Positions 20,925 to 29,715 of a DNA stretch of 64,000 nucleotides are shown in pieces. Where the stretch lies: NCBI GenBank assembly GCA_039815375.1, contig JBCBZJ010000001.1, positions 288,001 through 352,000 on the forward strand. The letters run 5' to 3'. The stretch's first letter is position 1. Each line of letters starts with the position of its first letter. A program made the position numbers and the translations under genes. Source of the DNA: Verrucomicrobiota bacterium. GTDB taxonomy: Bacteria; Verrucomicrobiota; Verrucomicrobiia; Opitutales; Coraliomargaritaceae. The notes below the pieces were generated by a model. It saw nothing but the letters and a program-made list of their open reading frames with translations. It was not told the DNA's origin and made no database searches.

Positions 20925-23696
20925 TTAAGAAGCGTTGAGCTTATCCATTGGCGGTGCGAACTTGGTAAGCTCAATGCCTTCGACGGCATCCTTGTATTCG
21001 GCCATATTTGGGATGCGGCCAAGGATTGCGGAGAGGACTACGACCGGAGTGGACGCGAGCAGGGACTCGCCTTTCTTACGCTCAGAGTCCTCAACTACGC
21101 GGCCCTGGAAGAGGCGGGTTGAGGTGGCCATGACGGTGTCACCCTTCGCGGCCTTTTCTTGATTCCCCATGCAGAGGTTACAACCTGGTCGCTCAAGATA
21201 CATCATGTTGTCGTATTCGGTGCGCGCGGCACCCTTCGGAGCCGCGTCGTCAAATTCGAAACCGGAATATTTCTGCAGCATGTCCCAGTCGCCTTCTTCT
21301 TTAAGCTCATCGATGATGTTGTAGGTCGGAGCCGCGACGACGAGCGGAGCTTGAAACTCAACCTTGCCTTGTTGTTCTTCGAGATTCTTCAGCATTTTGG
21401 AGACGACCTTGAGGTCTCCTTTGTGAACCATGCAAGAACCGACGAAGCCCAGGTCGACCTTCTTCTCGCCAGCGTAGAAGGATACTTCACGAATGGTATC
21501 GTGTGTATAGCGCTTGGATACGTCTTCATTGCTTACGTCCGGGTCGGCGATCATCGGCTCATCGATAACATTCAGATCGACGACGAATTCGGCGAAATAC
21601 TTGGCGTTGGCATCTGGCATAAGCGCAGGTTTTTCACCGGAGCGGATTTCTGCGATTCGCTGGTTAGCCTTATCGATGAGGCCTTGAAGGACACTTGCTT
21701 TGTTGTCCATCCCTTTATCGATCATGATTTGGATACGGCCTTTCGCGATCTCAAGGGACTCGATCAAAGTCTTGTCCTGCGAAATACAGATTGCGGCTTT
21801 TGCCTTCATTTCTGCGGTCCAGTCGGTAAACGTGAAAGCTTGGTCGGCGGGTAGGGTTCCAATGTGGACCTCAATGATCCGGCCCTGGAACACGTTTTCC
21901 CCGAACTTTTGTAGCATCTGGGCCTGAGTTGCATGAACCACATCGCGGAAGTCCATGTATTCCTTCATCTCACCTTCGAAGGTCACTTTGACGGATTCAG
22001 GAATTGGCATGGCTGCCTCGCCTGTGGCCAGTGCCAGTGCCACCGTTCCTGAGTCTGCACCGAATGCGACGCCCTTTGACATGCGGGTGTGCGAGTCGCC
22101 GCCAATGATGATGGCCCACTCGTCGATAGTCAGGTCATTGAGGACCTTGTGGATCACGTCGGTCATCGCATGATATTTATCCTCCGGATCTCGGCCTGTG
22201 ATGAGACCGAAATTCTGCATAAAATTCATCAGGCGAGGAATGTTGGCCTGTGCTTTCTTATCCCAGACCGATGCGGTGTGGCAGCCGGATTGATAGGAGC
22301 CATCGACAGTTGGTGAAACCACGGTGGCAGCCATTGCCTCGAGCTCCTGCATGGTCATCAGGCCGGTTGTGTCTTGCGAACCGACTATGTTGACCTTTAC
22401 GCGGGCATCTGAGCCTGCAAGCAGAGTGACACCTTCGGGAACTCCCACTGCGTTCTTATTGAAGATTTTTTCGACTGCAGTAAGGCCCTGACCTTCACCG
22501 GAAACAATTTTGGCTGGAGCGAAGACCTGCTCTGCTTCAATACCGAGCGTCTGAGCAGCAAGCGTTTGGAGTTTTTTACCGAAGACAATCGCGTAGGAAC
22601 CACCGGCTCTAATAAACTCTAGTTTTTGAGGTGTGAAAGAAGAGGATATATCAGCAATTTCCTCGTTCTCTTTGTAGAGCTTCTTAGTCTTAGTATTGAT
22701 TGTAAGGACAGTGCCTGTCTCGACAGAGTAGACTTGTTCCAGAACTGGGTCGCCGCTATCGCCGAGCACTGGACTGCCATCAGCATCAAGCTTCTTGACC
22801 CAGTTTTTTAGATCCAGCCCAATGCCTCCTGTCACGTCAACGGTAGTCAGAAATATTGGAGAAATGCCATTTGTGCCTGCAACAATCGGGGCATAATTGA
22901 CGAAAGGCACGTAGGGGCTGGCTTGCTTGCCGGTCCAGAGTGCGACGTTGTTCACACCGGACATACGGGAAGAGCCCACTCCCATGGTTCCCTTCTCAGC
23001 AATCAGCATGACACTTTTGTCGGGGTGCTGGGCTTTTAGGCCTTCGATCTCGATTTGTGCCTCTGGTGAGATCATACATTTGCCGTGCAGCTCGCGGTCA
23101 GAACGCGAGTGCGCCTGATTCCCGGGAGAGAGTAGGTCAGTCGAGATGTCACCTTCTGCTGCTATATAGGTGACGACTTGAATTTCCTCTTTTACTTCGG
23201 GTAGCTTGGTGAAAAATTCTGCATTGGCGTAGCTTTGGAGAACTTCTTTTGCAATGGCGTTGCCTTCTTTGTAGGCAGTCTCAAGGCGAATCGTGTCTGC
23301 CTCATAAAGGAAGACCTGTGTCTTCAGAATATCAGCAGCTTGCTGAGCGATGGACGTGTCATCACCCAGCGCCAAATCGAGGAGAACTTCGACTGAAGGA
23401 CCACCCTTCATGTGAGAGAGAATTTCGAACGCGAATTCGAGCGAGATTTCATCGACTACAATTTCACCCTGGGCAATCTCCTTGAGGAACTTGGCTTTGA
23501 CGCGCGCTGCACTAGTGGTTCCCGGTAGCGTGTTGTAGATGAAAAACTTGAGAGAATCTTCGCGATGAGGATTTTCAATATCCTTGATCTGCTCAATAAG
23601 AGCAGATGCAAGCTCGGCGCTGTCAATTGGCTTGGGATGCAAGCCTTGAACTTTTCGCTCCTCAATCTCTTTCAAGTAGTCTAAATATACGTCCAT
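20925..23696 (-). CDS. acnB: Aconitate hydratase B
   Basis: HEAT-like N-terminus, GVGSSRMS, GSQDTTG, GGDSHTR, GSCM, PGCNLCMGNQ, STRLFQGR. Confidence 0.95.
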   Translation of the reverse strand: MDVYLDYLKEIEERKVQGLHPKPIDSAELASALIEQIKDIENPHREDSLKFFIYNTLPGTTSAARVKAKFLKEIAQGEIVVDEISLEFAFEILSHMKGGPSVEVLLDLALGDDTSIAQQAADILKTQVFLYEADTIRLETAYKEGNAIAKEVLQSYANAEFFTKLPEVKEEIQVVTYIAAEGDISTDLLSPGNQAHSRSDRELHGKCMISPEAQIEIEGLKAQHPDKSVMLIAEKGTMGVGSSRMSGVNNVALWTGKQASPYVPFVNYAPIVAGTNGISPIFLTTVDVTGGIGLDLKNWVKKLDADGSPVLGDSGDPVLEQVYSVETGTVLTINTKTKKLYKENEEIADISSSFTPQKLEFIRAGGSYAIVFGKKLQTLAAQTLGIEAEQVFAPAKIVSGEGQGLTAVEKIFNKNAVGVPEGVTLLAGSDARVKVNIVGSQDTTGLMTMQELEAMAATVVSPTVDGSYQSGCHTASVWDKKAQANIPRLMNFMQNFGLITGRDPEDKYHAMTDVIHKVLNDLTIDEWAIIIGGDSHTRMSKGVAFGADSGTVALALATGEAAMPIPESVKVTFEGEMKEYMDFRDVVHATQAQMLQKFGENVFQGRIIEVHIGTLPADQAFTFTDWTAEMKAKAAICISQDKTLIESLEIAKGRIQIMIDKGMDNKASVLQGLIDKANQRIAEIRSGEKPALMPDANAKYFAEFVVDLNVIDEPMIADPDVSNEDVSKRYTHDTIREVSFYAGEKKVDLGFVGSCMVHKGDLKVVSKMLKNLEEQQGKVEFQAPLVVAAPTYNIIDELKEEGDWDMLQKYSGFEFDDAAPKGAARTEYDNMMYLERPGCNLCMGNQEKAAKGDTVMATSTRLFQGRVVEDSERKKGESLLASTPVVVLSAILGRIPNMAEYKDAVEGIELTKFAPPMDKLNAS

Positions 23697-23840
23697 CGTG
23701 GCGGAGCAATCTCGCCTGAAGCTCGATTATTTCAAGAAGAATCTGTCTTTCGGTTTAGGCAAGCAGCTACAGTTCCAGTTTTGTATCGGTTTACTTTTCG
23801 CTACTAAACAAGCGGAATATTGCCCGATTATTTGGAGAGT

Positions 23841-25292
23841 TTAGACGTGTTTTACCGCAATAAGTGTTAAATCGTCAATTTGGCCGGTACCTTCCGAAAA
23901 CCTTTCTACACTTCCGAGAGCTTGGTCCACGATCTCCTGAGCGCTGGATTTTCCGTTGGCTGATAAAACCTCAAGCAGCCGCTCGCTGGAAAATTCTTCG
24001 CCTTCCTGGTTTACCGCTTCGGTGATCCCGTCGGTGTAGAAAAGCAGGACATCCTCACTGCCAAAGTGTATGCTGGTGTCTTGAATTACCGAGTCAAAAA
24101 TCTTCGGCTCGACCATACCGATTGCCATCCCAGGAGACTGAACGGGCCTAACGTCCACTGTGCCGTCGGAGTGACTGTTGTAGAAAAAGGGTAGTTCATG
24201 GCCTGCCCGCGCTAGTTCGAGGCGCTCTGTTTCCAAGTCAAGTACGGCATAGATCATAGTGATAAACATATCGCGCTGCATCTTCCTCTCCATTGCCTCA
24301 TTAATCGCACTCAAAACTTTCGCAGGAGAGCGATACGCTTTCGCAAAGTGGTGAAGGTGTGTCTGGCAGATTGCCATCAGCAGAGCCGCCGATATTCCCT
24401 TTCCAGACACATCTGCTATGGCAAATGCGATCGTTTTGTCATCGATCGAAAAGACATCATAAAGATCTCCACCAATCTTCTGTGCTGCCGTATAGTGACT
24501 GGCAAATGCAATGTGGTCTGCTGGCGGATACTCCTTGGGCAACAAAAGGCTCTGCACTTTTCCGGCAAGGCGCATATCTATATCCATCCGGTTCTTGTCG
24601 ATTTGTACCTGCATTGCGTCGCTGTTGTGGACGGCAAGGCCGACTTGTTCGGCCAAAGATTCGACAAGCGAGAAATCGGTTTCAGTGAAGGCGAGTCCGT
24701 CGGAAGGATTCGCCACCGCCAGAACACCGAGCAGCTTGTCTTGAAACAGCACCGGAGCCACAATGATCGACCGCACCGTGAGCGCAGGATCATCATATTG
24801 AATGACGCGTGGGTCGTTTTGAGCATTGGATATTAGTTGTGCCTGACGTGATTTAGCCACCTGACCGATGAGCCCTTCACCTATTTGGTAACTCTCTGAC
24901 TTGAGAATCTTTTCTAGAAAGCGCGTGCGTGTCGCGAGCTGATCGCTTGTTGCCTCGGGTAGCTTGCGTTGTGGCGGGAACAGACCTTCTACTGCGATTC
25001 CTTTAAGCGTACTGTCCGCACATTTCTCGAAGATGCAGGCGCTCATTGCTCCTGTACTTAGAATTGCAGCATGTATAATTCGTTGAAACATGTTTTCTCG
25101 ATCGCTGCTTTCGGCAACGGCCTCGACCATGTTATGCATGAATTCGACGACGATCTGCTTCTCTTGTTGCAGGAGCTGCTTTTGCTCTTCGATGATTTTG
25201 AATTGGCGCGTCTTGCGATTGTTGAGCACCCAGATTGCCGATGCGCCGAGAACAATTCCAAATAGCAACGGCATCATAGCTAAAATTATCAA
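23841..25292 (-). CDS. Membrane-anchored GAF + PP2C/SpoIIE (RsbU-like) phosphatase
   Basis: N-terminal TM, GAF (GEGLIGQVA), GGDLYD, ADVSGKG, AGH, YTDG.TEA, DDLT. The start could instead be ATG 25277. Confidence 0.9.
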   Translation of the reverse strand: MIILAMMPLLFGIVLGASAIWVLNNRKTRQFKIIEEQKQLLQQEKQIVVEFMHNMVEAVAESSDRENMFQRIIHAAILSTGAMSACIFEKCADSTLKGIAVEGLFPPQRKLPEATSDQLATRTRFLEKILKSESYQIGEGLIGQVAKSRQAQLISNAQNDPRVIQYDDPALTVRSIIVAPVLFQDKLLGVLAVANPSDGLAFTETDFSLVESLAEQVGLAVHNSDAMQVQIDKNRMDIDMRLAGKVQSLLLPKEYPPADHIAFASHYTAAQKIGGDLYDVFSIDDKTIAFAIADVSGKGISAALLMAICQTHLHHFAKAYRSPAKVLSAINEAMERKMQRDMFITMIYAVLDLETERLELARAGHELPFFYNSHSDGTVDVRPVQSPGMAIGMVEPKIFDSVIQDTSIHFGSEDVLLFYTDGITEAVNQEGEEFSSERLLEVLSANGKSSAQEIVDQALGSVERFSEGTGQIDDLTLIAVKHV

Positions 25293-25308
25293 ATATTAGT
25301 AAGCGATC

Positions 25309-25815
25309 TTAATTGCTTTCCTCCTTCTCGACTTGATTGCGGAGAAATGCGATTACGTCCTGAAATTTCTCGATATTGGCTTGGTCTGCCTCTGATAGAT
25401 TTACATGAGCTTCGAGCACCTCTTTCGCACTCGAGACTTCTTCATCCCGAAGGCTCTCAAAGCGGCCCCCTGTTTCAAAATCGCAAGCTTCGGCAATACT
25501 CAACAAGTTCTGTAATCCCAAGTTGCAGATCAATTCATAGTTTCGCTCACTTAAATTACAGAGTACCAGTTCGCCTGCAGGTGTTTGCTTTCGTAGTTCA
25601 ATAGCACTGCCTGCAAGAATGCCGAGAAAGGTACTGTCCATACCCCGGCATTGGGAAAAATCCAGTACGATCTGGTTTTTGCCATTACCGATGATTTGTT
25701 CGATAAAATCTCTGAATGCATTACAATTCAGGTAATTGGCTTTGCCGTTTATCTTGACTGCAACAGGGTCACTGTAAGCACTTACGAGAAAGGTCGGCTG
25801 TTGAGGGTCACTCAT
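25309..25815 (-). CDS. STAS-domain anti-sigma factor antagonist
   Basis: VLDFSQCRGMDSTFLG (phospho-Ser motif). Start at ATG 25815 (MSDPQQ). Confidence 0.85.
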   Translation of the reverse strand: MSDPQQPTFLVSAYSDPVAVKINGKANYLNCNAFRDFIEQIIGNGKNQIVLDFSQCRGMDSTFLGILAGSAIELRKQTPAGELVLCNLSERNYELICNLGLQNLLSIAEACDFETGGRFESLRDEEVSSAKEVLEAHVNLSEADQANIEKFQDVIAFLRNQVEKEESN

Positions 25816-25988
25816 GCACGGTGGCGCGATGAACGTTGAAGATAATAAACAAAATGTTTGCGATGAGGGTTTCAATAAAGATGCCAGAATGGCATCCTGT
25901 AGCAACTTTAATTACCTCTTCGAGCTGCTTCAAAAGCTAGTAATTGGTGCTGATTCTCTAATTTGCAAATGTTTAGACTACAGACTAC

Positions 25989-26462
25989 TCAAGCTTCCAG
26001 TGTGCTCATAATGGCTTTGAAGTCCGGGAGTTGCTTAGGATCGTCTGAAGACTCAGAATAAATAATGATGCCTTCTTCGTCGATCACGAAGGCTGAGCGC
26101 TTTGATACACCTTTAAACCCAAGCAGATCCTCAAAAAGAACATCATAAGCTGTGGAAACCTCTTTGTTGAAATCGCTCAGCAGAGGAAACTGTAGATTAT
26201 CTATAAGTGACATCTTCTCGAGCGTGAATGGACTGTCGACCGAGATGCCATAGACTGCTGCATTCAGGTCTTTGTATTTCTGAATCCCGGAATTGACCGA
26301 GCACATTTCATCCATGCAAACGCTGGTGAAGGCTAAAGGAAAAAAGAGAAGAACAGTCTTTTGCTTTCCGAAGTTATCTGCGAGTGAGACGTCATCAAGA
26401 CCATCTGCGTGCTTATGCTTAAGAGTGAATTCTGGTGCTTTAATACCTGTTGTAAGTGCCAT
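25989..26462 (-). CDS. Peroxiredoxin (AhpC/TSA, AhpE-like)
   Basis: FFPLAFTSVC (PxxxTxxC), GISVDS, LLSDFN, R.AFVID. Confidence 0.9.
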   Translation of the reverse strand: MALTTGIKAPEFTLKHKHADGLDDVSLADNFGKQKTVLLFFPLAFTSVCMDEMCSVNSGIQKYKDLNAAVYGISVDSPFTLEKMSLIDNLQFPLLSDFNKEVSTAYDVLFEDLLGFKGVSKRSAFVIDEEGIIIYSESSDDPKQLPDFKAIMSTLEA

Positions 26463-26552
26463 GTTAATGAATGGTGTTTGTGTATATTACTAGAAACACT
26501 TCTAAGTAAGTGTCGTTATTGCCTTGATGTAAAGTGCTCGATGTAGATTCAC

Positions 26553-26582
26553 AAAAAACCCCGGGCTAAAGGCCCGGGGTTT
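26553..26582 (-). terminator. Rho-independent terminator
   Basis: AAACCCCGGGC-TAAAG-GCCCGGGGTTT with a U6 tail on the minus strand, after the FecR-domain gene. Confidence 0.85.
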
Positions 26583-26620
26583 CCGTAAATTGCATGAATC
26601 GCTATAAGATCAGTACTATT

Positions 26621-27490
26621 CTACAGCTCTTGAGGACCTTCGTCGCTAATGATTATGACAATGTCATCGAATTCATTTTCTTCCTTATCTGTCGCCGTGT
26701 CACTAGTATCTTCCGTGTCTTTGGAATCTTCCGCATCTTCGATAGCTTGCTCTAGATCCTCACGAATCTGACTACCCTCCGGGAGACTTCCGAGGACTTG
26801 ATTGACGATTGTCTCGTAGTCTTGACTGTCAGTGTTTAGAATTACAGAGACTGTGACTTCTTGAGGAATGCCGCTAGTTTTGTTATCGCTGCCGCCATTG
26901 TATTCTTTTACCGTACTTCCACCGGAAATAGCACCGGAATACCTGCTGGTGAAAAGGACTGTGCCGTCTATATTTGTAACTTGAAGTGTTAACTGTCCCG
27001 AGCTTCTATCGAAACCAAGGGAAATTTTGAAGCGCGTACCGCGGATGGCAGCAGTCCCGAGTGGGGTCAAAATATCAAATTTGGATCCCTCGCCGAGCTT
27101 CTTAACGTGACCGCTGAGTCCACCGTAGTTAAGTTCCAAAAGTGTTTGGGAAACACTTGGATCCGCCTCTAGTTGCTCATAAGTGTCGTTGCCTGGGAAA
27201 GATTCTTGTTCGACCTTACTCAATTTGAGGCTGGAACTCTCTTCCACTGTGAGTTCGCTACCATTTGAGAAAACCAGATCAACCTGTCCAAGCTCTTCGA
27301 CTTGAATAGTGTCGCCTTGTTTAAGTATGTCACCGGTTTTGATGGGAGCACTTTGGCCGTATTTCGTAATCTTTGTCGCAGTGCCAGTGACTCCGAGGAC
27401 CTTTGCACTAGCCAGCTCGGCCGCTTGGGCAGACAGGAAGGCAATGGAAGTTAGTAGAAATGTGAGAAAGTAGAGTTTCTTTGAATTCAT
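26621..27490 (-). CDS. Exported FecR-domain protein with acidic tail
   Basis: Signal peptide; GD.L..GD.I, L.FSNGS.L, F.I.TP...AAIRGT.F. Confidence 0.75.
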   Translation of the reverse strand: MNSKKLYFLTFLLTSIAFLSAQAAELASAKVLGVTGTATKITKYGQSAPIKTGDILKQGDTIQVEELGQVDLVFSNGSELTVEESSSLKLSKVEQESFPGNDTYEQLEADPSVSQTLLELNYGGLSGHVKKLGEGSKFDILTPLGTAAIRGTRFKISLGFDRSSGQLTLQVTNIDGTVLFTSRYSGAISGGSTVKEYNGGSDNKTSGIPQEVTVSVILNTDSQDYETIVNQVLGSLPEGSQIREDLEQAIEDAEDSKDTEDTSDTATDKEENEFDDIVIIISDEGPQEL

Positions 27491-27644
27491 ATGGACTAGA
27501 GATTAATGATGAATCTGAGATTTTAAAATTATCTTATTAAAAAGATGTTTCAAGCTTTTTAAGCATGTTCCTTCTCACGTTACATTTACTAGACAAAGTA
27601 GATTCTTGCCCGCTGTATGCATATTAGTTTAATTGAAATTCCAA

Positions 27645-28421
27645 ATGACACAATTTCGGCCATGCATAGATCTGCATCAAGGGCGCGTGAAGCAAATTGT
27701 TGGTGAGTCGCTGAAGGGCGACGGCACAGCACCGAAGATTAATTTTCAGAGCGATCACCCTGCGGCATATTACTCTAACTTATATCGCAAGGATCAGCTT
27801 CGCGGTGGTCATGTCATTAAACTAGGACCGGGAAATGATGTGGCGGCAAGAGAGGCGCTTGCTACTTATCCTGATGGGCTTCAAATAGGTGGTGGTATTC
27901 GGTTCGATAATGCGGTTGATTGGCTCCAGGCGGGAGCTAGCCATGTAATCGTTACATCCTGGTTATTCGATACCCAAGGTCGATTTCTAGAACGCAATCT
28001 AGAACAGTTGGTAGCTGAGATTGGTAAAGATCGTCTCGTGATCGATCTAAGTTGCCGTGCAGTTGCTGATGGTTGGGTCGTCGCAATGGACCGCTGGCAG
28101 AAGAAAACAGAGCTGACCCTGACGCCCCTCGCGCTCACTGATCTGGGTCATTCGTGTGACGAATTGTTGGTACATGCTGCAGATGTTGAGGGTAAATGTG
28201 AAGGAATTGACGAAGCTCTCGTTGGTTTTTTGGCTGACTTCAGTCCAGTGCCTGTAACTTATGCAGGAGGGGCTCGGTCTGTAGAGGATCTCGACAAAGT
28301 CAGCCAATTGAGTAGGGGGAGGGTTGATTTGACCATAGGCAGTGCCTTGGATATTTTTGGTGGTTCAGGAGCCAGATATGTTGATTGTCTCGTGTGGAAC
28401 TCCCGAAAGTACGATACTTAG
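27645..28421 (+). CDS. hisA: ProFAR isomerase, eukaryote (His6)-type HisA
   Basis: FRPCIDLHQGRVKQIVG, GGHVIKLG, LQIGGGI, LVIDLSCR, HAADVEG, DLTIGSALDIFGG. Confidence 0.92.
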   Translation: MTQFRPCIDLHQGRVKQIVGESLKGDGTAPKINFQSDHPAAYYSNLYRKDQLRGGHVIKLGPGNDVAAREALATYPDGLQIGGGIRFDNAVDWLQAGASHVIVTSWLFDTQGRFLERNLEQLVAEIGKDRLVIDLSCRAVADGWVVAMDRWQKKTELTLTPLALTDLGHSCDELLVHAADVEGKCEGIDEALVGFLADFSPVPVTYAGGARSVEDLDKVSQLSRGRVDLTIGSALDIFGGSGARYVDCLVWNSRKYDT

Positions 28422-28535
28422 ATAGTATCTTTGTTTGTATCTTCATAGATACATGCGTTCGAGGTTTCGAAAATACGCGCATTTTAAGATTGGCATCGGA
28501 CTTCAGGCAGAGCATTGGAAAGTTTAATAAATTTC

Positions 28536-28808
28536 ATGGAACTTTTGAACATAGGCTTCGCGCTACTTGTTGTTAAGATCGCGGTTTCGGTTCTGCCTGC
28601 TGCACTTGGCATCTTTTTATTGACCAGTTCTGAGGAAAAGAAGCGTGAGATGCGCAATTCGCTGTGCAACAAACTGTTCGGAGTGAGCAATGCGATCCCT
28701 TATCCTAATTTTGCACGGTTTCTGATTTTTATGGGATTTTTGCTCATTGCTTTTAGTGCCACAGCCTCGTGGTTTCTAGTGCTTTCAAAGATGCTTTCGG
28801 CTCAATAG
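28536..28808 (+). CDS. Small hypothetical membrane protein (2 TM)
   Basis: Two hydrophobic stretches; fills the intergenic space in the operon direction. Confidence 0.6.
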   Translation: MELLNIGFALLVVKIAVSVLPAALGIFLLTSSEEKKREMRNSLCNKLFGVSNAIPYPNFARFLIFMGFLLIAFSATASWFLVLSKMLSAQ

Positions 28809-28865
28809 GACGCCAAGCGCCTGGGAGGCCTGCAGAATCAGGCCTGATCTGCTAGGTTTCGCAGC

Positions 28866-28910
28866 TTGACTCAATGGTCATTAATTTCAAAACTATTTGA
28901 ACTAAATGAC
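28866..28910 (+). promoter_or_regulatory. Promoter (-35 TTGACT) overlapped by a 34-bp imperfect palindrome, probable autoregulatory operator
   Basis: GTCATTAAT-TTCAAA-ACTA-TTTGAA-CTAAATGAC at 28877-28910, upstream of the GbsR/MarR gene. Confidence 0.55.
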
Positions 28911-28946
28911 TTTTCAGCAAATCTACATCTGTTCTCTAGCTGTCTG

Positions 28947-29495
28947 ATGCCCGAATACAAACCAGTCCAACCTCTTTTCCAGTGGGAACGAGCAACTATT
29001 GAAATTTTCGTCAGGGCAGCAAATATGGTCGGGCTTCCACGATCTATTGGAGAGATTTACGGTTTGTTGTTCTGCTCAGAACTTCCACTCACCTTTGATG
29101 AACTTGTCGACCGCTTGCAGATTAGCAAAGGCTCTGTCAGTCAAGGCTTAAAACTTCTAAGACAGTTGGGCGCGGTTCGCCTTCATTACGTCCCGGGTAG
29201 CCGCAAGGATCATTTTGAGCCTGAACTCTCGATGAAGCGCCTAGTTAAGGGCTTCGTTAAAGATCAGTTTAGTCCTCATTTGGAATCGGGTGAGCAGAGT
29301 CTGCAACAAATTGAAACGATGATTGAAAATGAAGCCGACTCCTCCGGGCGCGATCATGCGCAGGCAAGACTAAGCAAATTGAGATCGTGGCAGAAGCGCA
29401 CTCAGAAACTCGTCCCTATTATAATGGCTGTTCTGGGCGGTGCGCAATTTTTAGAATCTCCTGAGATGACTAAGGGCCGTAGAGAGGTCGTTTAG
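28947..29495 (+). CDS. GbsR/MarR-family transcriptional regulator
   Basis: GLPRSIGEIYGLL, PLTFDEL..L.ISKGSVSQGL, GSRKDHF. Start at ATG 28947. Confidence 0.88.
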   Translation: MPEYKPVQPLFQWERATIEIFVRAANMVGLPRSIGEIYGLLFCSELPLTFDELVDRLQISKGSVSQGLKLLRQLGAVRLHYVPGSRKDHFEPELSMKRLVKGFVKDQFSPHLESGEQSLQQIETMIENEADSSGRDHAQARLSKLRSWQKRTQKLVPIIMAVLGGAQFLESPEMTKGRREVV

Positions 29496-29552
29496 TTCGA
29501 TTTTCGATTGCGGCAGTGCTGCATCAAAAAACAGTTCAAAATACTTCGAGAC

Positions 29553-29592
29553 TGGTTTCGCACTTATGCGAGCGACCAATGGCGGTAGCGTC
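29553..29592 (+). promoter_or_regulatory. JUMPstart/ops-like element
   Basis: TGGT-TTCGCA-CTTA-TGCGAG-CG-ACCA hairpin followed by ATGGCGGTAGCGTC; GGCGGTAGCGT matches the enterobacterial ops core. Confidence 0.7.
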
Positions 29593-29715
29593 TCATCGGC
29601 CTATGCTAATAAGACGAGTTCAAGCACTCATTTCAGAATCTGAACTAATTGCTAAAATGCCTTATCCGCACTTAAACTGCGACCTTTAACCTAGACTGTT
29701 AATCTAAATCCGTTC

